This document shows, one piece after another, positions 11,856-22,792 of a DNA stretch of 32,213 nt. The DNA comes from Hyphochytrium catenoides (Eukaryota; Protista; Hyphochytriomycota): assembly GCA_900088475.1 (NCBI GenBank), contig FLMG01004236.1, positions 1 to 32,213 of the forward strand, in the 5' to 3' direction. Position 1 is the stretch's first letter, and each line of letters begins with the position of its first letter. The notes under the pieces are model-generated. The model saw nothing but the letters and a program-made list of their open reading frames with translations, ran no database searches and was not told the DNA's origin. Made by a program: the position numbers and the translations under genes.

Positions 11856-13351
11856 GCCTGCTGGTGATAATGAGCAGATGCTCTAATAACCGACAAGGGC
11901 TTGGGTGCTGCTGGCTTCCATGGTTATGCCAAGCACCGTACGAAGAAAGCTCTGAACAGAGGACGACACAAGGAGCTTCTTGAAGAATCTTCATTATCAG
12001 CAGCGCAACTTTTGTGATGAACTTGGCGCCAAACTGAGCGCAAAATGTCTCCTTTCTGACCTCCTTTTTATTTTATTGTGTTGTTTGAAGAAGTGTTTAT
12101 CATGACCTTAGGCTGTCCAAAGACTGGTTTTACCTAAAATATTAAGACTACCCCAGGAGCTGGAAGATTTTAGACCACGGTTTTAATTATGTTTCTGAGA
12201 GGAGCCGTCACCCTAAAGGAATTAAAGAGGGTATAGGAGTGAAAGGAGCTCAGTTTCAGCACTTGTGGCTTGGCAAGAAAGAAGAATCAGCAGCTGCACA
12301 GACCAGAGAAGTGCAGTTCCTACTCCCAACCTTAATTTAAGAGAGCTCTTGAACTCATAGTCAATAACAGACCGGATCCCTTCCATTTAATTTAAAGGTT
12401 GCTTCTAGTATATTTTTGTATGAGATCGCCATTTATGCTTCCCGGTTCTGCCAGCGACATAGTAACCTTTGAGAAAGTGAATGGAGGAAGGCAAAAAACG
12501 GTGGCTACTTGTCCTTTCTCATCAGCTGCCAAGATTGAGCAGCAGGACGACAGGTACTTGTACCAAGGTTTCTCTCTCTCTCTGCATCGTTCTTCTGATC
12601 CATGCCGGCACTCACTTCTCTCTCTCTCTCTTCCTTGGCCTCTCTCCTGTCTGTTTCCTGCTCTTCTTCCTCCTCCTGCCTCTGGGCAGCACTGGGCCAG
12701 CATCATTGTCCAGCTTCCTTCCTCCTTTGCTTGCCTTTCTTGGAGCTTTCCATCCCTTCTTCGTTAAGGTCGCCGCTGCTCCTCGTGGCTCTGATCTTCC
12801 AAGGCTCAGCAGCTACTCGTCCTCCTCCGCCCGTGGGACATAACAGCCGCGCCTCGCAGAGCAGTTCGTCGGGCCAGCTTATCGTCGGATTTACTGAGGG
12901 AGAGGTGCTGCGAGGCCCAAGCAGGAAAGGAAGAACACTTTCAAATGATGGATCTATTAAGGCTGATTGGAGTTCAGCAAAGAGCAACGACGGGACAAGT
13001 CAACAAGCTAGAGCCGTCCCTTCAGACTAAGAGAAGAGGACAATAGGTTCCTAGACGAGAGAGAGAGAGAGTTACTCAGCCCTATCGGAAGAGCTCTCTC
13101 GCTCACGAAAGATTGGCTGGAGAATGGCTCTAGGAAGGAATAATAAGGCATCTATCAGTCCGTGGTCATTGACACCTCTGCGTCACTTGACCTCGAGCTC
13201 GTGCTCGCTTCGTCTCATTCTCAGAAAAGATCCTGGACCGTGGTGGTGACGAACAAAGCCGCTTTCCCACTTGCAGAGACGAGTACCGCGCGACGGACGA
13301 ATCAGTAGAGCCCTAAACCCAGAAGAACGAGGAGAAAAAGTTTTCCACAAG

Positions 13352-14497
13352 ATGCACGCATTAGCATCCGCCGTGCCTGCTTCCACGCTTTCCCGAGTGC
13401 CACTTCAGACGTCGTCAAAGGTCAATGAACGCATTGCAAAGGAGGCAGCCAACAATGTCTCGTCTCTCTTCACTCTTTCCGCAACCTCAAAAGCTGGCGT
13501 CCCGAGTGCTGAGGACTATAGCCGCCGGCTCTCTGAGCTGGCGAGGGAGTGGGACATTGAGAGAGTGCTAGAATGTAATGCCTCTCTGTTTGGCACCCTT
13601 GGCCTCTTGCTAGGTCACTTTGTGAGTCGCTATTGGTAAGATTATGTCGGTGCCATCACTAAAAGAAGAGAACCGATCGATGCGGGAGAGAGACGTGGCC
13701 TTTGGAGTTTTGCTCTAGTTCTGTCTGCACGCTGTCTCCCTTGGTGGGCTGCCTGCACGCTGCCTAGCTTCAGCTGTTGATGCGTGAGCCTGCTAGCAAC
13801 TATTGATTGATCTTTGTCCTGCTACGGCTGCTTCCCATTGAGAGACCCTTCGTCTCCTTATCGTTCTTCCTTCTTCGGGTCTGGCCCGCACTTCTTCCTA
13901 TTCCTGTTTTTCACCCTGCTGCATGGGAAGAGGGCTATGCTTCCTCTCATTCTCTCTTGTTCTTACATGTTGCTGCGCGACCGGACGACTTCTCCTTTGC
14001 TGATCCTTCCTGACTCGCTGGTGGTCAGGAATAACTTTGGTTGATCGCTCTCCTCCTCTCGGTCTTGATAGGTTCCTGTTCACGACCGCCATCCTTCTCT
14101 TCCTGCTCCAGCACGCTGTCCAAGGCTGGTGTCCTCCCCTACCTCTCTTTCGCTCTATGCTGGTAAGGGCTTTCTTATAACGATGCAGGCTTTTGCTTAG
14201 ACTCCGTCTGCTGCCAAGAGATCGTCTCTCTCCTTCTCTGCTGGTGAACCTGCCTGCCGGTGGACCCTAGCATCAGTGACCATCTCACTCTGTTCATCCG
14301 TTCAGGGAGTGCGCACCCAGGCGGAGATTGACGATGAGAAGATGGCGCTTAAGCTGCTGCGGGGAGACTTCAATGAGCTCGTCGGGAAGGACAAGAGAGA
14401 GGTGCTGGAGATTTTCAGGAGGAATGCGGAGGAGAGAGGCAGTCTCCTGGGGCACTCAGGCTTCTCTCTGCAGAAGGAGGAGAAGAAAGAGCTCTAG
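13352..14497 (+). CDS. Bacterial-type small membrane protein, DUF2892/YgaP-like (188 aa; exons 13352-13635, 14072-14162, 14306-14497)
   Basis: Two GTAAG...AG introns splice in frame (567 nt). The product reads RVPLQTSSKVNERI...RRLSELAREWDIERVLECNASLFGTLGLLLGHFVSRYWFLFTTAILLFLLQHAVQGWCPPLPLFRSMLGVRTQAEIDDEKMALKLLRGDF. This matches, from memory, a conserved bacterial family with EWDIER / LQHAxQGWCPP / LRGDF motifs. Confidence 0.85.
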
Positions 14498-14593
14498 ACA
14501 GCACTTGTAGACTAGAAAGCAGTAGAATAGAAGCAATGCCTCAGCAGACGTCGAGGTCAGTACGAAGAACTAACGCGGCCCGCTAAAGGGCGA

Positions 14594-15797
14594 ATGGCTT
14601 TCTTTCTCTACTTTATTCCCATCTTCAATCTATGGTTCTCTGCATGGGCTCCTGCACGCTGCTGCTTTGTCGTCAGACAGCAGCTGAGAAAGGTACGAAG
14701 ACGCAAGAAGCTTTTGAAGCTAATAAGCGTGAGATCAGATGAGAGTAGGATAATATAGTCAAAACCCACTCATCCTCCGAAAGATATGATGGTTCTTGGT
14801 ACCAGCGAACTCGCGGAAGGGAAACGTCTCATCTCCACCACCACCCGCGAGGATCATTAAGAATGGATGACACAGAGTCAATAATGGAACTCCTTAAGGA
14901 CGGCATCAACTTTGTGGATGTTACAGATGGCATCTGGACTGAACTCCCCAAGATGGCAGAGCTATCCAGAGAGCGTGCTCGTACCTATCCGACCAAGTCC
15001 TTACATAAGCCTTTGGTCACATCTCTTATCACAACGATTGACAACTCTTACGTCCAAAGCTTCTTGAATAAGTTCACCTCCGTTCACACTCGTTACGGGA
15101 ACTCTTCTATCAGCACAGTTTCTCTTCGCTGAGGCCAAAAACCTCGGAGGAAATGCTAGACAAAAGAGAACGGATATATTCTTGAATGTCACAAAGGCCA
15201 AGCACCCGTCGTGGAAGCAATCTTCCATAAATTGCAAAGCTCACCGCCACAAACCCGACCGAGAGGTCAGGTGGCATCGTCATCCTAGGGGCTCACCAGG
15301 ATTCCAGCAGCATTGTAGGAGGCTATAACCTTTCAGCGAACAGAGCCCCCGGATATTTTGATGACGATGGTACAGGCTGTGCTAACATCCTAGAAACGCT
15401 AAGACCTCCCCTGGTAAATCCTAGCTTCGCTCCCGGTCGTCCTGTTGAGTTCCATTTCTATGCTGCGGAGGAACTTGGGCTAACTGGAAGTCAAGCGATT
15501 GCCGCACAGTATCGCGCGAAGAGGATTCCGGTCTACGGAATGTTGCAGAACGACATGACGGGATATGTGGGTCAATCGAAGCCTGTCTACGTGATCCTTA
15601 CGGACGACACCAACGCAGCTGCTTTGACACGCGTCCTTCGCTTCCTAGCTAAGGCGGCTGCTCGGATCACGCCAGCTGGAATCGGACTGGCTTCCCATCT
15701 TCCTCAGATTCAACATACGGGCAATGACACCGTGCAGTACACATTATTTAGCCATATGGCAGAGCTTATGAAGGCTTTCGATCGCCTTCGCCCTTGA
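14594..15797 (+). pseudogene. M28 family leucyl aminopeptidase (Vibrio/fungal LAP-type) pseudogene
   Basis: Motifs present: INFVDVTD, FTSVHTRY, IVILGAHQDS, RAPG.DDDGTG, VEFHFYAAEELGLTGS, MLQNDMTGY and an out-of-frame GCSDHASWNRTGFP (~15656-15697). There is an in-frame stop (~14858), several frameshifts and internal deletions. The start (signal-peptide-like MAFFLYFIPIF) is tentative. Confidence 0.9.
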
Positions 15798-17013
15798 GCT
15801 TTTGCTCTTTAAAGCTTAGTCTGAGGCTGCAATCTTCTTTTCTTCGTGGTCACATTTGAGCGGAATAGTTATCCCAATGGCAGCAAAGAGCCTACCTTTG
15901 GGACTGTTCTTCAATAAACTGGTGACAGCTTGCCTTGATGAGCGCCAGCTAAGGATAAATTTGCGCTCATTGCCTGCAATAAAGAGCGAGACGAAGAGAG
16001 GGACGAACGGAGGCAGCGTTTATTAGACTAAAGATTCTACTATAACCCTCTGTTGTTGAAAACTTACACTGAGGCCTGTATTATAAGTGGTGCAACCTCC
16101 AGCACCGTTGCATTGACACCGTAGTCTTAAGGACTCCGCCTCTCTGGACACCATTTTCCGTGCGCATGAGAAAGGCAGTGTCAGATGGGGTCGGGTCATC
16201 TTTGTTAGGCTAATAAGCTCTTTAATAAGCTCAGTTCGCCCCCTTCCTGGACACGATATTCCGTGTCATCATCTGTTAGACTAAGTTAAGAAGCTTTTTA
16301 TGGCGCGTCAGACCTAAGCTAACGACGTCCTGGATCTGTCTTCCCTCCATGTTCTCTTTTCTTCTCTATCTTGTCTCTTGAGCCTCTTTCCGTCACCGGA
16401 AGATCAACGACTCATGGTTGCACATTCAATATCTGCTCCCTCTCTGTGGCGGTGGGAGCTCAGACAGCAGAGAAGATGGCTGCGCAGCTCTTTTTCGCTA
16501 AGGGGAACAGGCCGGCTGTAGACAACAAGGGATATCGTGTCAAGGAGAGCCGCTTAGTTGTATCACCAGTTACTGAACGGGAGAGGCATTCCCTTCTTCT
16601 TGGGGTGGAGGTTTTGATATCGCGTCTGTCTACGGTCAGTCCCCAGTGACCTTTCGGCCCCCTTCGCCCTAGGCACGGTCGGCAGTGTTGGCAGTTAAAA
16701 CCCCTACAAAAAATGATGAGCGGCGCTTTTTGAGTTCGACGAGGAATTACCTTCTCAAGTCCTTCATAGACCAAGCCCGCCGCTCCTTGTTACTATGGCA
16801 TCGTTAGCGGGGATAATATGTCTCTTCAACGTTACCATTGTTCTCTCTTCAATGAGGATGTCCAAGGAGATTATTGAGCAGCTCATCGATGAACACCATC
16901 AGTCCGAGCCAACGAAGGGAACTGTTTTATTCAATAAGTTAAAGAACCCCTAGGACAACTTCTTTTGGACATTGGTGCTTCCCTTCAACTCCTATGGGTT
17001 TACTGCTACCTCT

Positions 17014-20000
17014 TTACAGAGCACCAATCTGATCCAGGGTCAGACCAAGAGCCTGGACAGACACTTTGGCATAGATCTCGTCCCCGTTTGGCTGTAGAAA
17101 TGCATCATAGGTAGCAGCAGCGATGGTGTTGTTGGACTCCCTGCCCTGATAGAGCTCACGGAACGAAGCGACGTACTTGAGCATCTGGTAGTTCCACTGC
17201 TCATGCAGCGGAGGCGAAACCAAAGATCAGGAAATTAGCAATCTGACCTTCTTTTCAGCTAAGAGAGTATGGAAGTAGAGGAATAATCTAGGTCGAAATC
17301 TGAGCATCGCAAGGCAAAGGCTGAGTCAATCTAAGAAAATCCGAAGGGCGGAATGAAAGAAGAGTTACTGCAGATGAGCAGCGAAGACGGGAAGGAATGT
17401 TACGCGTGACTAGCGGATAGTGTTTGACTTACGCCGTTGTAAGAGCCAGCGAAAAAGATTGCAGGGTACTTAGTGTTGGCCTTGATGTTCTCTGCTGGGG
17501 AGTAGCCCTTGATAGTCTTTATGCCCACATAATGACAGAAGAGACAGGAATGTCATGGGTAAATGATGGAAGTGGTGCTTCAAGCTAAGGCTTCTCTTAC
17601 ATTGAAGGTATCCCGCTCATGGACATTCCCATACTCTTTCGCCCACGAAATGCCGGTTACTGAAGGGAAGAAGGGGAGACGAATGATCAGCCGAAGAGAA
17701 GAAAAGTGCAAAGGGCCATGCTTGAGAGGTGAAGGCAGTGGCTTCTAGAGGTCTAAAGTTAGAAGAAGCGCGATGGGAATATTGCAGTGAAAAAGCTACT
17801 ATCAAGATATGGGAGACAAAAGCGAGAAAGGCATTCGACAGAGAAATCACCAATTAAGGGCTTATTAGGAAAGAAGAAACCTAAGAAAGAGGCCAATGAA
17901 GATGTGGCTTTCTACTCTTACCGACAAGCTGGAGGGTAAGAGGGGAGACATCCCCGTTCTGAACCAGAACAGCTTTGACCAGGTCTGGTGCCTGGTTGAC
18001 TGCCGCCATCACCAAAAGGCCAGCTTTAAGAGACAAAATAGGAGAAGGTACGTTAGAATGGCAGAGTTGTTGTCGCGTGGTGCGGCAGATAGATTGGCGA
18101 AGACCAGGCATTAATTAGGCCAGTCTTTCCCGTTCAAACCGCTTCTCCTCATTGGCCACGGTGTCTGATTGCCTATTCTCTCTGCTCTTCGTTCCACCGT
18201 CCAAGCCTCTCAACGGACAAAGGCGTACCTCTAGAGTCATAAGAGTCAGTAGTCACAGCAAGTTGGGCGCTGGAGGTGATGCCAGTGTCAATCAGATTCT
18301 TGAGAACAGCTTTCAGATCCTCAAAAGCGTTTGTGGTGTTCCTGGCGTAACCAGCGGCACCCCATTCCTTACTGAGAATATTAGTTCCGCGGACCATTAC
18401 AATGGCGATGACAACACCCCGATTGAGGAGCGCAACCCTATGTTGAAAGGAGCGAACAACGACAGGATGGACATGCAAAGATGCAGCGAAGAAGCGAGGG
18501 AGGAAGGGCAGTATTGTCAGTAAGCGGCGCTCTGGTTCCCTCACTACGTGAAGAAAACAATGAGAAGATGTATCGAAGCTTACTTTTCTGGGTCATAAGA
18601 GTTTGCCATAGAAAAGCCACCCATGCCACCAGCTACTGTGTAGACAACTGTAGGTTGCGGCTTGCTGGACGCAGCAACAGTCTTCTTCCGCATAATGGTG
18701 ACAGGAATAGTAACTGCCTCTTTGCCGTTGCTTGGCGTGTAGGTGACATCGCTTCGCTTCACCTCATAATCCGGAAGGTTGGGAGTAGCCATCGCTGAAG
18801 GACGCTATTATTTATCGCAGTACAAGCCCATCAAATAGTACGAAAGAGCGAGGTTAGTTACCGACGCAACTTTGCCAGTATGGCTAGGGCTATGTAAGCT
18901 ATGAACAAGCATGACAATGCAGGAGTTTCTCTTCCTTCAAAACACTAGATAACAGTGGCGAGGCAGCAGGGGGCACCAAGAAGGTAGGAGTGGCCTAAAA
19001 GTATAAGGACGACAAAAGGCGATAGGAGCACCGACGTAGATAAGCTTTGAACTTGACGTCTTGATGTCCACTCGATATAGAGATGGCGGTGTGAGCTGGG
19101 GAGGTTTGAGTGTAGGCATGACGATGAGTCAGGCTGAAAGAGAAAATTTAAAGTGCTAGATACGATCGTTCCTTCTTCGCAGGACACGGTGGACTATTGG
19201 TACTGTTACTGACTTGGAGGAACCTACCAGGCTTTCTGTTTGAATGTCAAGCTGATCGGTCTTCTTATAAGCGATGTTATAAGAAACTGATGGGTACAGC
19301 GTCGAGCTAGGACCGAGGTTAAGGTTGACCGCAAGAGGAGTAACTGCCTCGTTCTCGTCCAGGATCCAGGCTCTTGCAGTGGCCCCTGGGTCATAGAGAT
19401 ATTACCAGGGATAAGCCTTCTGGTTGCCGAAGCGGAACAGGGAAGAGAAATCGTTCCAGCAAACGTTAAGACCAGTAGACGCAATTTTATTGACAGGAAA
19501 AGCTTGAGTTCGGGTAACCTTAAAGTCCAGAAAAGAAAGACAGCTTCTTTTACCTTGAGACCCACCACTAAGAATACACCAAGACTCTGAAAAGCTTAGA
19601 CGTTCTGAAATAGCTTGAGGGGGAAGAGCCACTTCTCTCCAGTTCTTCCCCAAGGGCGTAGCGAGGTCTCCTACGAGGTAGCTTGTACCGAAGGCGTAGA
19701 ACGCGTTGGACTCAGATGTTCTCAGAACATATTTAGATCCAATGACCTGAACCTGAAGGATTGTTGTTGCCGAAGAAAGAGTGAGGCCCACTTGCATCAG
19801 CCATGATGGACAAACAAAGAGACTCAGGAGCATATTTTTCAAATGTAGAGCTTACGAAAAGAGGACAGTGAGAGATAAAAGCAGCATCAATAGCATCCGG
19901 ACAGCGACAAAAGGGTGACAACATCACTTGTCATCGAAGCTCTTTTTAGATATCATTGCACCTGATAAACAAGATGAGAAGCTTCCCGCCCTTACCTCAA

Positions 20001-20587
20001 TAATACCAAAATCATCGGGGTAACGGGTGGAACTCACACCGTTCTCATACCAGTAGTACTCTTTGTATGCCCCAGGATCTGTAATACCATGTACACAAAC
20101 CCTATCTCAAGTCGCCCATTGTCCGAGAACATGGAGGCCAGTAGCACCAGGTACCTGACGGTGAGGAGTTGTTGAGAAGGAGGTATGTAAAGAAAGAGGA
20201 CCTAGCAAAAGCCCTGCAACGTCATATCAACTATGTCCTCCACAACGAAGGAAGATGCATCCACGGGATGATAGGGCGCTCCATACATTTTAGGTCAGCG
20301 AGGCACTCATCCATATACTCTTTCATCTTATCTACCCGGTTGTGACATTATTACCTGTCTGTGACTTGGTTGATCGTCAGCTGAGCTGCCTTCGGATGCC
20401 TATAGAGCTCCTTGTCCTCATTCACGCTTGTTCCTACGATATGGCTTTTAAGGACATTATACTCTTCGTCGACATAGAAGAGCTCGTCATTGTCCACTGG
20501 TGACCATGCGCTGGAGGATAGCGCAATCTTTTCGTCGTACTTTTGGTCTTCTTTGCCGGAGAGGTTGACGAACCTGGCATTCCATAT
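17014..20587 (-). CDS. Prolyl oligopeptidase (peptidase S9A)-like protein, multi-exon, divergent active site; 5' end unresolved, possibly pseudogenised
   Basis: The catalytic domain splices in frame over exons 18794-18584, 18437-18229, 18023-17922, 17659-17601, 17516-17433 and 17196-17014. It reads IPVTIMRKK..PTVVY..GGF, IVMVRG..EW, NAFEDL, GLLVMAAVNQAPDL, WAKEYGN, YSPAENIK..KYPAI. Propeller-like exons lie upstream (SSSAWSP..FY..HIVGTSVNEDKELY; LTPPSLYRVD). The segment 19220-19790 seems to need frameshifts. Confidence 0.8.
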
Positions 20588-22327
20588 CTGAAACAGAAAG
20601 AGCACCAACAAGAGTGACAGAGACAGTCAGAAACTCGCCTTTAAGTCGATAGGAGGCGTGAAAAGTGTTCCTTGACGTCAAGTGATCATAAGTGACTGGA
20701 TCTCATTCCAGATAGATTACTACCTGTCGACAATATATATCTTAGGCTTTTCTCTGCCTCTCCCGCTTTCCGGTACGTCCTTTTGCACTCATTATCACCG
20801 TTAACAAAAAGACGATGAAGCTTTGCTTGGCAATGTCCAATTGCCATAGGTCCTTATAGTTCTACCAGGAGAGAGGAACAAAGCAAGACGCGATGAGATG
20901 GAAAATGGTGAAAGCCGCGTGTGGCAGTAAAAGTTCTATTCTTCGTTTCTCCCCCCTCGATTTCACTATCCTTTTCTTTTGGTTTACTCTAAGACCGAGC
21001 ATGCGCCAACCTTGTCTTTCTGCTTTTATTTTTGATAGAGTGAACTAACTAGAGAAAGATGAGAGTTGAAAGACAAAAACAGAGAGAAGAGCCAACAGAG
21101 AGAGAGTTGACAGAGAAAAGAGTCACAGGAGACAGAGACGCCAGCGAGAGAAAAAGGGACTAGGCCTCCCAAAAAGGTAGATAGATAGATAGAATATTAT
21201 AGAGGGTGACCAGGAAGAGCGAGAGAGACACAGAGGTAAATGAAAGCCAAAGATATGATGTAGGCACCACAGAGGAGAAATAAAGACGCCGCGCCACGGT
21301 AGAAATACTCGACGATGAAGAACGGACACAACCAAAAAGGATAATAGCGAGGAAGAAAGAGACAGAACCACCACGAAGAGAGGCACACAGCGGCCGCCGA
21401 TAATTAGAGAAAAGAAGGACGTATAGTAAATCGTAAAGGAGAGAGCAAGTGAATGATAATGATAAGGAACCCTTTCCCGTCCACACGCAACAATCGCTTA
21501 GAACTATGTGAGATTCCTTCGCGCATAATGTGTCGTGCCTCTATCTTCCGCTCGTCTCACCTGTTGTCTCATACACCTCTCTCTCTTTCATAACACACAC
21601 AACATTCAATCCCTCCTTCTCTCTTTCCCTCTCCTCGGCCCTTTGGACTCGATAACGGCACCGGTTGTGAGAATCAAGCTATAGCTCAGAGAGCGTACCG
21701 TTCGAATTTTCCAACTTGAAGGCAAGAAGAACCCTATAGGGGTTCAAATTCTGTTCAGGCTCTCTGGCTCATTCCGTCCACTCTCTTCTTCTCCCAACCC
21801 TTTGTGCTACTCCTGGCTTGAATGCGTGGCGCTATGTGGCTGTACGTGTCGACCCCAACAAGAAACTAACAAGTGATTGGATCAGGTCCAGCCCACCAGT
21901 TCAGGAGATTCTAATCACCTGTTATCTCTTTTCTGTCGTCATGGTATCGAGAACAGTTTCTTGACTTCCGTGCCAGCTGAAGGTGGAGCTTTGCATCTGT
22001 TTGACCCTAACCCTCTCTGTAGGGCTTTCTTGGTATAATGGTGATGAACTGATCTCATCGTGTTATCGCCGCTACTAGCGCTCTTACGTTAAGAGGCAGG
22101 ACAATCTGCAGCAGGGCACAGGAGGAAACGCTGTTGAATGTCGTCCTACTTTACTTAAATACTTATATTAGCCTTCTCTAGTACCTCTTATAAAATTACA
22201 AAATACATCGAAGACATCGGCAGCAGGCAAACATACACGAAGTGAAGGAAGTACAAGGAAGAGGAAGGCAATAAGAAAATGAGGCTCGTCTCTTCCTCAG
22301 GATCTATTTCTTCTTCATCCTCTTGCA

Positions 22328-22792
22328 TTAGAAGCAGCACTTGTACTCCACACCATTCACGATGCGCTTGAAATACTTGGTGGGGAATCGACCGCAAGGT
22401 TTGCATTGTGATAAGATAGAGTTGCCTCCCCATTGATGCGGCGGGTGTGGTGGGCTGTTGAAGCCCTGCCAAGGGCCGTGGTTCCAACCGTTACTACTTT
22501 GTGCTCCTGCGTGCGCCATAGCAAATCCGTTGCCGCTAGAGCTTGCCTGGGACCAGGCTGAGGCAGAGGATCCGAATCCACCAGCTTGGGCAATGGCTGA
22601 GGCGGAAGCTTGGGAGGAAGAAAAAGGGCTAGATCCCCACTGAAGGTGCCGGGAGGTGGTGGTTTCGGGTTCGGTATCAACAATGGCGGAGTTTGGAGAG
22701 GAGTCAGGGCCGCGGAGAGCTTGATGCTGAGGAGCAGCGGTGGCCGTAGCAACCAGCAGTGCGCTACCGATGATGAGAGGAAGAGTCTTCAT
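22328..22792 (-). CDS. Small secreted Ser/Ala/Gly-rich protein with 4-Cys C-terminal module (154 aa)
   Basis: Signal peptide MKTLPLIIGSALLVATATA, propeptide-like ALRG...RHLQ, SASASAIAQAGG-type core, and CKPC...YKCCF* tail. Single exon. Confidence 0.78.
   Translation of the reverse strand: MKTLPLIIGSALLVATATAAPQHQALRGPDSSPNSAIVDTEPETTTSRHLQWGSSPFSSSQASASAIAQAGGFGSSASAWSQASSSGNGFAMAHAGAQSSNGWNHGPWQGFNSPPHPPHQWGGNSILSQCKPCGRFPTKYFKRIVNGVEYKCCF

Noticed and set aside
13271-13351. Upstream TTG start for the DUF2892-like gene
   Set aside because: It is a non-ATG start, and family-like sequence begins just after ATG 13352.
21682-21760. Functional tRNA gene
   Set aside because: Acceptor and T stems do not pair, and the D-loop GG is missing.
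21942-21952. TGGTATCGAGA as an LTR primer-binding site
   Set aside because: It is an imperfect match to TGGTATCAGAG, with no gag or identifiable LTR nearby.
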